From Sphyrna mokarran (lineage: Eukaryota): a stretch of 64,000 bases of DNA. The stretch covers positions 7,378,001-7,442,000 of the forward strand of contig JAGIQG010000040.1 of assembly GCA_024679065.1 (NCBI GenBank). Reading direction: 5' to 3'. This document shows, piece after piece, positions 14,207-26,984 of this stretch. Under the pieces are notes generated by a model. It made no database searches. It was not told where the DNA came from and saw only the letters and a program-made list of their open reading frames with translations. The translations under genes were made by a program, and so were the position numbers. Position 1 is the stretch's first letter. Every line of letters starts with the position of its first letter.

Positions 14207-15187
14207 GTGAACTTACTGATTACTTTGATCCTGTCTCGAGGAACGTGTAGGCTTACCAAATATGTTGCACTTTACCCTATCTCCATTTCAGCAAGAGATC
14301 TACTGGTCGCCATCAGTATCTCACATTGAGAAAAATTCTTATCAGTTTTACTGATTAGTTTCTGTTCATGTATTATACTAAAGTGTGTAATATCCATGCT
14401 GTCCTGCTTTTCGCAGTCACTGATTGTTCTGTCCGGTTCACTGTCTCTTTTACCTTTGATCGATTCGTGACCTTTGCTTATCAGAAGCTGCAAATCAAAT
14501 ACTGCATTGAGAAAAGTACACCTATAGCTCTTGAAACAGTAAGTGTGCTGTTCAGTGTAAAGAATGGTTTCTGATTCTCCCTGTGTGAGAACAGATACAT
14601 GCTTTTCAATAATCCTTATTATATAGATTTTGATGTCTTCTCTTCAATTGCATGGCGAACATTTGAAAGTCTGTATTATATTTTCACCCCATCTGTTCCT
14701 TTTGTATTGATTCTGCTTTGCAGTGTTTGAACTGTTAAACACATTCTAATGTACAAAGTCCGCAAAAGAGTCCTAAACTACAAGAAAAAAGAGAATCCAA
14801 GAGACTCAGAGGTGGGTAAGTGAAGGAAGCCCATCATCTTATGGGGATGGGGAATTCGGGGAATTTTATTCCTGAAATTGAAATTGAAATTGAAATTGAA
14901 TATGCTTTCCCTATCTCTCTTTGAGTACTCAGAAGTCATGGGTTGCAAACCAGAGGAATGCATGCTGATATTCAGTGTTGTTATTCCACTCATTCTGTGA
15001 AAAATTATATAAATTAGATATCATGTATTTCTACATATTTGTGCAGGAACAAGGAATTATGCTTCAACCCCTGAGCTGCTGCGCCAGCACATGGATTTAT
15101 GTACTGACTCAGACACAATTCAGAGAGGAACTGAAGAAAATGTCGATATTTCCATTTGTTGGAATTGTGAAATTCATTAAAAATTGA
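14207..15187 (+). pseudogene. GPR139-like GPCR pseudogene, copy 3
   Basis: VNLLITLILSRGTCRLTKYV..ISARDLLV, AVTDCSVRFTVSFTFDRFV, in-frame TGA at 14572, then LSCCASTWIYVLTQTQFREELKK. Splice acceptor degenerate; TM6 region disrupted. Confidence 0.82.
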
Positions 15188-18031
15188 TCAGGCGTTTAAT
15201 CATCACAATAGTGATTTTTCTGGTGTTCCGCATTTCATCTCAGGAAGAAAAATGAATTGTGGTCTGTTTTGCTATTGTCGACCAAAGTAGGATATCCTCC
15301 TGTTGAATTGGAAATGGCGTTATTGACTGCAACATTTTATATTAATTCTAGCACACATCCTGGAGCCCACGGGCACAGCTCCATCTTTAACCCCAATGTT
15401 AACACCATCCTGACCCTCATCCCTTACCATTTACCACAAACCAAACACACCACCTCCGTCTCCAACATGTGCTGAGTACACTTGCACTTTGAAATTGTAA
15501 CCTGAATTCTTCCAGCTTTAACTTTGTCGTCACATTTTTTTCTGATAGAACGATTAAGCCCTATTAAAATTCAGCGACATAATTTCACTTTGAAGTATGT
15601 GGTTAGAGAGTTGAAACATTATGCTTTCCCTATCTCTCTTTGAGTACTCAGACGTTATGAGTTGCAAACCAGAGAAATACATGTCGATATTCATTTTGTG
15701 CTTCTTTATTTGAAAGTGTCCTGGATAATGCAGTGATTCACAGGATATATAATGACCCACATGCACTCCACGTGAAATCGTACTAAGAATCTTAACCAAC
15801 TGTTCGAGCTAATACTGCAGGAGGGGCATTGGATCGTAGTAATTAGCTGACTTTTGGATCATCTTGAGGCGAAATTTCGTTCAAAATTCAAACCATGTTT
15901 TACATTCGACTGTAATTTTACATTAACGTTGATTCGCAGATTAATTCCAGTCTTAGTCAATGGGAAACCAATATTCCACCAGTGGCAGCGGTAAGGTGAT
16001 TTGATCGAATGGTTACTTGGAATTGCTTCCCTCATGAGCAGGGATTATCCTTGCTGTTTACAACTTGAGCAAGTCTAAGTAAAGGATGCTTTTGCTCTTT
16101 CACAATGTTACAAGCATAAACGTTGCTGCAAAAGGTTGTTTCTCGGTCGAAAGCGTTGTTCTCCATTCATAGAAACCCTGCAGTACAGAAAGAGGCCATT
16201 TGGCCCATCTAGTCTACACTGACCACAATCCCACACAGTCCCTACACCCATATACTTACATATTTACCCACTAATCCTTCTAACCTTTGCACTCAGGAGG
16301 CCAAGGACAATTTTTAGCATGGCCAATCAATCTAAACCGCACATCTTTGGACTTTGTTTATATAATGTGACAATCGCTGGCAAGTTCAACATCTGATTTC
16401 CATGCCTACTTACAGGATTTACGAGTCTGGCACGTTGTGTTGGCTCAGGAGTCACATGCCAAACAGATCAGGGCGGATGGCAGATTTCTTTCCCTAAAGG
16501 ACTGTGGAAATGATGTGTTTTTATAACCACAGATTGAAATTTCATTGTTAGCGTCATTAAGATCTACTTTCAATTCCAGATTTCCAATATTCCAATAAGA
16601 CATCTTATTATTAACATACAGCCAAATGAGGGAACTTAGGAATACAACTTGAAGTGATTAACATTGTGCATTTCAACTCAAGGGATCAACTAGACAGAAG
16701 AAACCAACTAAAGTGGAAAGAGGATTCAATGTTCACAATGTGCTTCCTCACATATCGTATAAAACATCCCAGGAAGTGAAAATCTAGTGATTGGCAATTA
16801 AGCAGAGTGAATAAGGAAAACATGAGTAGGAGCAAATACAGAGACAATAGTGATAATAAAATAATAAACCTGGACTTCCATGAAGTTATATTTAGAGTGA
16901 AATGCAGCTCGTTATGGAAGACTACACTGAATAAACTCTTGTGCTCGCATTCGATATTGGTGATTGGTATAATTTTCACATGACTAAAAAAAAGGTGCAC
17001 GGTAAATTAACGGAGGCGCCCATCGAAATTACAATATGTGTCTTAGGTATGAATGAGATGGGACACGAATCCTGCTGGAGCTAAAATTTCAAATAAACAA
17101 ACACACTTTAAATATACATTGAACAATATATCGGCAGGGTTGAGGTGATGAGTGAAGGCGACCAGAACAACGAACGAAAACTGGAAAAGAAAATCATAGA
17201 AAGAAAAAAGTTATCTGAAGATACTGATATAATAAAGAACTATTTAGAAGTATGAACAAAAATGTAACGCAGTAACAATTTGGAAATAGACGCGTCTTGG
17301 CTGGAAGGCGAATATCAATGCAAGCAGTAAATTCACGTTCCTAGGATCAGAGTTCCCTCTGAGTACCTTTGACAGATATTGAAATGACATTATTTGCATC
17401 ACTGTCTTCTGTCTGACAAAGACATCAATGAAATTTACCCTCAATATCTTACAAAATTTGTTTCACTGTCTTATGAATGAAATGCTACCAACCTGCTGCC
17501 TGCTCACAGCTACTGCAGTCGCTGGCCCTTGTGAGTTTCAGAGAAATGCTGGAATGTTAATATCTCTGTTAGAGATTGAAGTTTTCAACAGGAGACCAGC
17601 AAGTGCGTACCAATGCCTCGTCACATCTCATTTTGATGTGAATAAGATCCGGAGGAGCTGCCGAATATCCTCCCCTAACCATATCAATAAATTCACCATC
17701 AGTAGCTCCAGGCTCCAGTGCTTCCCACTCAATTATAAAAAACAAAATTCACAACTTCTTCCACTTCTTAGCTGCAAAACGTCCCGAACAATGTGAAACA
17801 TTTTACGCAGAGTGTTTTGCACTCTTTAGTATTTATCTGCCGTGTGATCATTACTAGAAATCAGATTCACTTCAACATCCAATTCTCCGGCATGATTCTT
17901 TTTTTAGAAAATGAGAGATTTGCAGCATATAAATTAATGCCCAGTAGGGTGTCCCCACTTGGCGCAGCTTTGCTGATGGCTGAGACGGCCAATTTTTGGG
18001 GGCCGATTCTGACGCAACAGCTGGAATGAAG

Positions 18032-19060
18032 CTGTTTTGGGGGCCCTGCTGTTTGTTTTTGGGGCCCCTGCTGTTTGTTTTTGGGGCCCCTGCTGTTTGT
18101 AATTTTTATAAATGATCTGGATGAGGGTATTGAGGGATGGATCAGTAAATTTGCAGATGATACTAAAGTTGGTGGTGTGGTAGATAGTGAAGAGGGGTGT
18201 TTTAGTTTACAGAGTGACTTGGACAAGTTGCAGAGCTGGGCCGAGAGGTGGCAAATGGAGTTTAATGTGGAAAAGTGTGAGGTAATGCACTTTGGCAGGA
18301 ACAATAAATGTGTAGAGTATAGGGCTAATGGTAGGGCTCTTAATAGTGTTGAGGAACAGAAGGATCTTGGTGTATGTGTCAATAGATCCCTGAAAGTAGG
18401 CAGTCAAGTGGATAAAGTTGTTAAGAAGGCTTATGGAGTCTTAGCTTTTATTGGTAGGGGGATTGAATTTAGGAGCCGCAGCATCATGTTGCAGCTGTAC
18501 AAAACTCTAGTGCGGCCGCACTTGGAGTATTGTGTGCAGTTCTGGTCGCCACATTATAAGAAAGATGTGGAGGCATTGGAGAGGGTACAGAGGAGGTTTA
18601 CCAGGATGTTGCCTGGTATGGAGGGCAGGTCCTATGAAGAGAGGTTGAAGGATTTGAGGTTGTTTTCGTTAGAAAGGAGGCGGCTAAGAGGGGATCTTAT
18701 TGAAGCATATAAGATAATTAGAGGTTTGGATAGGGTGGACAGTGATAGCCTTTTTCCTAGGATGGAGAAAGCTAGCACGAGGGGACACAGCTTTAAATTA
18801 AGGGGTATGAGTTATAGGACGGATATCAGAGGTAGGTTCTTTACTCAAAGAGTGATTAGGGAGTGGAATGCCCTGCCTGCAGCTGTTGTAGATGCGCCAA
18901 GTTTGGTGGCGTTTAAGAGGTTAGTTGATAAGTATATGGAAGAGAAGGGAATGGTTTAGTTTGGAGGGGCATTGCTTTTTATTTTGGTCGGCACAACATC
19001 GAAGGCCGAAGGGCCTGTTCTGTGCTGTATTGTTCTATGTTCTATGTTCTATGTTCTATG
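18032..19060 (+). mobile_element. Young CR1 LINE, 5'-truncated
   Basis: Open 294-aa RT C-terminus, (TTCTATG)n tail, and a triplicated 22-mer at the 5' end. Confidence 0.95.
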
Positions 19061-21148
19061 TACCGGGTGTGGTTCTGGGTTGATGTTTCCTCCATTTACA
19101 AACCGCCGTAACCACTGGTCATCCAGGTGATGCACGGCAACCACACAAAGTGTCTCATTCTCTCTGCAGTCAGTAAGTGACATTCCGGTGTGAAATTCCA
19201 CTTTATGCGTCTTTGGGTCGCGCTCGCAATCTACTAGAGGGACTTTGAGCATCTCGCTGTTTGTTTGATTCCTGCTGGTTCACCGTAAATAAAGTCCCTC
19301 TATATGTGACAACCTTCCTGTGTACGGGGCGCAGGCACTGAAACTACATCTATTTGATGAGTCTACCATACTTGGAAGGTTTGCTTTTGAGAAAGCAGAA
19401 ACATTCCTGATATTTGCCAACCAGTAGGTAACTATAATAGGCCGCACATTCAATCAAAATGGAAATGATTGAGCTTGTTTTTTGAGGTCTGTGAATGGTC
19501 CATATTTCACAGTCAGGCGGCAAAGTGCTGAGAACACACAATCAGCTTGATCCTCAGGGTCAGCTTGATGTTATTCCATGTGTATATTATGAGCCAACTG
19601 CTTTCCCCATGGGATTATCAAGTTTGTGTAAAGAAGCAGACTCTCTGTATCCCTGAAATCTGGGAGGAAGAATATGTGAATCGTTTCCAACCAGCTAATG
19701 CCTAATGCCCAATCAACTTTTTTTTCTTCACCGTTACAGTCACCGGGAGCAAGTGACAGCTAATCAAAGAGACATTATCCGAGTCACTGTGGCCTTACAG
19801 ACTATCCTGAGAGATAATAATACACTAAAGGAGCGTTTGTTGTCTTATTTCAACTTCAATATTATCTACTGTATAGGGGACATTGAATATCGGAGTCTAT
19901 TCCCCATTAGCCATACATTGTAACTGCAGTAAAATAACTGTTTCCGGTAAGGCTCGAACTTTACAACAACGGCCTATCCCGCTGGATGCAATGTTACATG
20001 GCGTGGCAGCTGTTCACGTCACTGGAACACATAAAGGTGACTTGATCTTATTTAATGGCAGCTGGAAAAAACGCCTGCTCGCCCTTTAACTACCCATGCG
20101 AATTTGTGGTGTTGCTTCTTTCAGCAAATTCTGATATCGGAGAGAAGTTTAATGGTAATAGGCAGCATGGAACAGCTGGTTCCTTTGTTTGAGGGGGTCA
20201 CACACGAGGGGCTAGAATTTCAGTATCAAGGGCAAAAGATTCAGAGAGGGTTTGGGAAAAGCAAAATCATTTAAAAGAGTTTAAGAATATGAAATGAATT
20301 ACTGGCAAGGAGGCCGTAAACCGAAAACCTTGAACAAAATGTTTGGAGAACAGTTGAACTAGAAGAGACAAGGATATGGGACAAGTGAAGGGAATCGGAT
20401 TTTTTCCGATAGTTACTGTCGATGCAGACTGGATGGACGGAAAGACTTTTGGGGATTTTTTGTCTCTGTGACTGAGTCAAAATTATTGCTGATGCTGAGA
20501 TATGACTTTCCGGCCACTGATTAAATGACTTTTTCAAAAATTCTTCGTTAACTTAAAATACCACACTCCGCCTGTACCAGGGGATGGAGGATGGTGGTGG
20601 TGGTGGGGGGGGGGGGGGGGAGCGGTGGGAATCAGGTTGATCTTCCAACTGGATCAATTTGCGTCAGAGCTGGAAATACGATGCTGGCATAATTGTTGAC
20701 ACTGCTGTCATACAGCGACAATTACGGGTTTATGTCCTGTTTTGGATAACTGTGTGGAGTTTGCACATTCTCTCCGAGGCTGCGGGAGTTCCGTGCGCTT
20801 GCTCCCACAGTCCCAAAATATACAAGTAAGATGGATTGTCCATATGAAATCTCCCTTCACGTAGCGGGCTAAATTAGTGGGGTTTCGAAGATAAGGTTTG
20901 GGTGGGATTATTGGCGGTGTTGGGTGAATGGTCCAAATAGCCCTGTTCTGCATTGTAATGATACTGTGATATTGGCGGGCATTGATAATTTTAAATACTG
21001 GCAAGCGTCGAATTTTGCTGCTTCTAGTCACATCTCAGACATTTCCACATCAATCAAACATTTACCACCAAAACATCACCCTGATGCCCGCTCCACTCTT
21101 ATAGCAGAGTAACTGTGAACTTGGGGTATGCGGTTGGCTCAAGGGCCA

Positions 21149-21202
21149 GTTGTCGTGTCCGACTGGTTAACGTGATGACATTCAAATCCATTGGGATTTC
21201 CG
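21149..21202 (+). pseudogene. Truncated, degenerate tRNA-Ser copy (5' two-thirds)
   Basis: gttgtcgtgtccgactggttaacgtgatgacattcaaatccattgggatttcc resembles vertebrate tRNA-Ser GTAGTCGTGGCCGAGTGGTTAAGGCGATGGAC..AAATCCATTGGGG. T-arm missing, anticodon altered. Confidence 0.6.
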
Positions 21203-21726
21203 TTTTTCATTCTTTGTATTGTGTCTACAAAGCGAATTAAATCAAATCTATCCAAACCCTTGGCAGGTTTCACACTTCCTTTCATTCACAGAAATATTCC
21301 CAGAATTTGCATTTGTAAATAGAACAGGAATGGAACAAGTTTGGTGCCAGACTTGATTTCAGTGTGTTCTCACTCCTGAGACCTTTGGTAATCTGGGTGT
21401 GTCGATATAATTCATTTCCCCATCAGAACGAACAATTTCTTTACCGTCAGAAAATTGTTCATATTAATTAAAACTTTAATTTTGAACTGGTACAAGGAAA
21501 ATTCGAGTAAAAGACGAGTTTGTAATGTTTGGAAAGTGAATGATGTGGCGGGCTAAATAGCGGGGTTACGGAGAAAGTGAATGATTGAGAGGCATGCATT
21601 GTAATGTTGTGTTTCTCGTTGGTCGTTTAATTGTAACGTTTGGAATTAGAACATGCTGAGACATCACATGGAAACATTATTTAGCTTCTCTATGTTAAGA
21701 GGAGTGAGCGGTGCTACTAACTCAGG

Positions 21727-21799
21727 GACCTGCTGGTTCAGTGGTTAGGGCAGAAGGCTCTTAATTTCAAGAGCGTGGGTTCGACCCACACATTGAGTG
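21727..21799 (+). pseudogene. Degenerate tRNA-Lys(CTT) copy
   Basis: 73 nt collinear with vertebrate tRNA-Lys(CTT): CTCTTAA anticodon loop and GTGGGTTCGA B-box retained, but acceptor, anticodon and T stems carry mismatches. Confidence 0.72.
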
Positions 21800-23414
21800 C
21801 ATTATCTGGTAAAATTTGATGCTTTCCTAGGTGAGCTGCAGCTCTTCATGCCTTTGTCAGTGTCAGCTCTCAAACGGAGTCTCTCTCCGTCCCACTTTGT
21901 TAATCTCACAATCGCGAGTTTGTGGGTAAAAACTGGTGTTCACTTCAATGGAAGTCGGACCCCTTTAGTGCTTAATTTCAGAGATGGTTTTCTTGCCATT
22001 TGGCAAATATTTGGATTCAGGTCTTGGAGATATTTGAGTCAGTGGAAAGCATAAAATCTATTCCATTACCACAGATTTTGCATTGTATCACCATCTTTAG
22101 TGTTTTGTAGCCTATCATTGGACCTCTCTTTTTGTATTGTTCTTGACCTGTTACCCATATGTCATTTACAATTGAAGGTGAAACTACAAATTCCATTCAT
22201 TTGATTCCGAAGAACTTGGAATAAATTTCGACTTTCGACTTGGAATAAATTTATTTGTTTTTGAAGGATGACTAAAAACAATAAAGCTTCTCGTGTTGAA
22301 CATATCACATCCAGGCTGCAGCCCTGAAAGCACCGAATCTTAAAGCCGACACAATGAGGATCTCATGTTCCTGATTCTCCCGGGTACTGGTTACAGGAAT
22401 GTGCACCGTGCCATTTATCCACAGTCACACACTTCTTCCAGTCTTATACACGTTGTTAAGTTTTGAAATCGTTCATCTTTTCAGACTGGTTTGCATTTTG
22501 TTGGAAGTAGAGCTTTGATGAACTGATTTTTTTTCATCATATTTACCACAATAAGGTTTATAAGAGGTCGATTGCTCCTTGAATGCGGGGAGCTACTGTG
22601 AAATGTAATGCAACAAACAGACATGTTTATTTTTGTCCTTATTTTTCCCTGTGCTAAGCCATTTACATCGGTAATGAATGTACTAAAACTAGAAGACTGT
22701 GCGTTCTTTCCATTAATATCTTAATGGAAGTATTTGCAATGTTTAATAAGAAACTATATACGTGATTATTTTACTGGTCGAGTGAGTTCACTCTCATAGA
22801 CAGGAAGACTGTTCAGGGTGATAACATGTTACTCACTTTCGTCGTCAGTTTAGGAAACTTCCTATTTCTCTGCAGCTGCACACAAACTGCACATCTCACT
22901 TCTGAGTAGAAAATAAATCCAGGGGCCAAAATCTGGTGGAGACATCTGTCAAGCTGGTCTATATCTTGCCACGTGTCAACGCAGAAACACACAGATCACG
23001 CAACGGTGATATTCTTAAAGGCGGAAAATATAGTTTGTTAAGAGTTTACATTCCCATAAATAATTAGATGTGTTTGTCGATCAGTCATTGATCTCAGTCT
23101 ATTGTCTGAAACAGCGAAGTGACAGCATGCTGCCTCAGATATTGCACATTTTTCTCTGTTACTTGTTTCTTTCATTTTAACGATTTTCTCAATTATCGCC
23201 GGATCCGGCCTTCCATTTTCCACCGATCAGCTCCATGCCCTGTCTATTATCCCTCTCTGTCCTTCATCCATAAAAACAGTTTTTTTTTTTACTTTGCCTG
23301 TCTGACTATCTATCTATCTATCTATCTACCTATCTATCTGTGCATCTATCTATTTATCTCAATTTCATGCTATGCTCCAATGGATTATAGGGACAATTCA
23401 TAGCTTACATTGAG

Positions 23415-23622
23415 GTGGCATGTTGGCACTGTGATTCACACTGCTACCTCACAGCGCCAGTGACGCGGGATGAATGTCAATCTCCAGTGACTGTCCTTTG
23501 TGACATTTGCATATTCTCCCTGTATCTGCATGGATTTCCGGGTATTCCGGTGTCTTTTTAGAATGCAGAGGATACAGGTATCTGGATTTGCCATGTAAAT
23601 TGATCCTTTCTGCACTGTAGTA
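23415..23622 (+). mobile_element. Degenerate HE1-like SINE
   Basis: GGTGGCATG..CACTGCTACCTCACAGCGCCAG head and TTTGCATATTCTCCC core. Confidence 0.7.
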
Positions 23623-25761
23623 CAGAAGTCTCTTTCTGAACTGTAGTCATTCTATCATATTAGACGAAGGGGTAACCTTTCCTGAGTGGTCGAAATATGA
23701 TTCCATATTTGAAAAGAATGTAATATTCATGCAGTAGTAATATAATCAAAATTATTATTGCTGAATGGATTTGTGTCTGAAAATTTCTTCTTTCCAATTC
23801 ACAAGCTTTTAAATTTGCATTTGATTTTAAGATGATCGGGCAGTGTTGACTGAACTGATCATGGACTTGCTGCACAAAGGCCTCAGACGCTTCCTCTAAA
23901 TGACACAGTGTGTGTTTGTCACATAAATACGGTTAACTGCCAAATACCTACCGGGGCAGATTCGCGAAAGTATAAGTTCCCATGTGGTTATTTTGAACCT
24001 ACGAACATTACAGATTCAGTTTTGTCAGTAATGTGCATTTTAAATTAAATTAATATAAGCGATTATCTTCGCTATCTTCCATGTTCAGAATATAACGCAT
24101 TACGATGGGGCATTTGTTCTAATTGTTCTAAGACGATTATTTGTTCTAAGATGATTATTTAGCAATCCATCAAGTATTGGTGAAGATTAAGAAGAACCTT
24201 TTATATTCAATTCGTGACTAAATGGGAAGGACTTGCCGACATTCTTTTTAAGATCAATTAATTGGAAACTTCTGCCCTCAAATGGAGTAAGTTATCTGCG
24301 TGTCTGGTTTGCAGCCACATACTTTCTAATTAAAGTTATTCTGCTGTGGGTTTTTCTATCACAGGCCAGTTGCAATGAATAAATATTTGAGAAATTTCCG
24401 TTTCGCTTCGATTGCCGATTTTGACATTTTCCTCGCTGATATTGTGTATCTTGAAATCAATATATGCAGTATTCCAAGAACAAGTAAAGTTAAGTAGCGT
24501 GTAGCTGTAGAATTATATGATGGGGTCAATTTTGCTGAATGCATTTTTGTTCCTGATTCATTACATTCCTTTCATTGAAAGTTGATCTGAAATGACAGTG
24601 CAACGCTCTCTTACCCGCTGTTCTCAGGGTACTGGCGACTTGTGGCGTCAAGGAGGACTGGTAAAAATTGCACAAACATGAATCAAGGGGAAAACTTTGC
24701 AGAAAAATATACCTGCCTCGGAGAGAATGGTTGTGTTGATGATTGCCCATCAGTTGTCCTTGCACATTGCAGCAAGCGTTCCTTGTTGTTATGCACGAGG
24801 CTCAGCATCTTCAATGGATTCACTAATGAGAACAGTTCCACCTGATTATAGATCGCTTGCCGATGATTGCAAAATGTTTGCTATCATTTTTAAGTGAAAC
24901 ATTCCATGCCAAACTACAGAAAGAGGTAAACAATATTTAAGTATTGGTCGATGTATGGCAAGTAAAAGTTGCCCAAAACAATTCACAAGTAATAGCTATT
25001 CCAAAAATAGAACATTCCACCTCACTCCTTACAATTCAATGGCGTTATTAATTGTTGAGTCACAAATTTGCGATTCACTGCTGACAATATGGTGGATCTG
25101 AATCAGTTATATACCCATTGTATAACCATCATATAATCAGGTATATTACCATTCAGCTTTGACAAGGAGTCATCTGTACACAAAACGTCAGCTCTTTTCT
25201 CTCCTTACAAATTCTACCAGACCTGTTGGGATTTCCCAGAATGTTTTTTTTTGATGTAACCATTATGGCTGTTAAAGCTGTTAATTCAGAGACGAGTACC
25301 TCACGTTTTGACTCCGCAAAGAATGAAAAAATATCGATATATGATGTATTACATTGTATAAATGATTATGGCTCCAACAAAAATTAGAGAGGTTAACAAC
25401 CTCCAAGACAATCCTACGCACTTGATCAGCAATCATTCCACAATTTCTAATATTACTCCTTGCACCTCTGACACACAATGCCAACATACTTAACTACATA
25501 CATGATGCATTGTTACAAATCACAAAACCTCATTCGACCGGATTTTCCAGACTCCAGACGAGTTTGTCCCTGAAGGACAGAGGCAGCAAACCTAATTGAA
25601 ATCCAAGGACTGCAAGTTGAACTCCAGGCCACATATGTTCCAGATTTGGAATGCGATAGTCACCCTTTCACTGTGCATGGATCCAATATTTGAACTCTTT
25701 TCTGCGCATCAAGAAAATTGCATCGTTAGCAAATATACAACACCTATTCTATTCTACAACA

Positions 25762-26062
25762 CCTTTTTCCTCGGATGGAGAAAGCTAGCACGAGGGGACA
25801 CAGCTTTAAATTAAGGGGTATGAGTTATAGGACGGATATCAGAGGTAGGTTCTTTACTCAAAGAGTGATTAGGGAGTGGAATGCCCTGCCTGCAGCTGTT
25901 GTAGATGCGCCAAGTTTGGTGGCGTTTAAGAGGTTAATTGATAAGTATATGGAAGAGAAGGGAATGGTTTAGTTTGGAGGGGCATTGCTTTTTATTTTGG
26001 TCGGCACAACATCGAAGGCCGAAGGGCCTGTTCTGTGCTGTAATGTTCTATGTTCTATTCTA
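25762..26062 (+). mobile_element. CR1 3' fragment ~700 bp upstream of the IgH leader
   Basis: Nearly identical to the 3' end of the 18032-19060 copy. Confidence 0.92.
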
Positions 26063-26760
26063 AACTGTTGTTTACACCATTTCCTCAAGGGCAAGCAGGT
26101 ATGCGCAACAGAGTCCGGGTGACATGAGAGAATTGGAGAAAAGCAATGCCTCCAGTCAAAAGATTGTGCAAATTTTGTAGTATCGGCAGCTCAAAAAAAG
26201 GAGGATCAAACATAGGCCTCGATTTATCTCCAAACTGTGTAGTAATTTGCATTGCTATACAGGATAATCGCTGTTCGCATTCTATAAGTTAGTTGCATAA
26301 TTGGCCATCACTTCACACTATTCTAGTTATTTATTATAAGCAATCAGCACGCTTCCCTTTAAATGTTGCTTTATTTTCGTGATGTAAATCTTGTTTTAAA
26401 AGTTTCTCTCCTCTGAAAGAATGCGGTTTTGTTTTAAGTTTCATTACTGAGCAATACATTTGCAATTGCAACAGTGGTGCCAGGGAATTCATTTGAACGA
26501 GACGCTGCTGCTAAATTATTATCCCACGCTGATCTAAACGCCAGTGTTAAGATAATATTCCTAATGTAATGGAACATTATTGTCTGATGTGGAAGGCGGG
26601 ATTTGTGCTGGTCAATGCCTCGATGAGCGAATCAGCAGTTGGTTTCTATAATCTCGCCCTCTTCAGCCATGATATTTAAATGCCCGTAGTTACGGCCTCA
26701 GTGGAAGAAGTCAAATGCAGAGAGAATTTTTCGGCACCATCTTCTCCAAATGCAAGAAAA

Positions 26761-26806
26761 ATGAGGTCGGCGATTTGTCTCAGTTTGTTGCTGGTCTTGT
26801 TTCTCC
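26761..26806 (+). CDS. IGHV: IgM heavy chain leader exon (MRSAICLSLLLVLFL)
   Basis: ATG, hydrophobic signal peptide and a phase-1 donor C|GTGAGT. Splices over a 178-nt intron to the TTTGCAG acceptor ending at 26984, the typical split VH leader. Confidence 0.93.
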
Positions 26807-26984
26807 GTGAGTATATAGGCATATATTATTGTCCAAGCCTCATAACGTTATTTCGTCAGTACTCATAGCTGTTGTCGTATGAAATGTTATCCAATTATCA
26901 CCATTAGTCCATGTCTGGCATGTTACGGAATCAGGAATCATTTCATTCGGATTAACACTGGATTTTTGTGAATGCTGTTTGCAG

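Noticed and set aside
23904-23931. RSS-like CACAGTG, 12-bp spacer, ATAAATACG
   Set aside because: The nonamer matches only 6/9 and there is no adjacent V, D or J segment; likely chance.
26245-26252. Octamer ATTTGCAT upstream of the leader (and ATGCAAAT at 39197)
   Set aside because: About 510 bp from the ATG, and the 8-mer occurs at many unrelated places in this AT-rich window.
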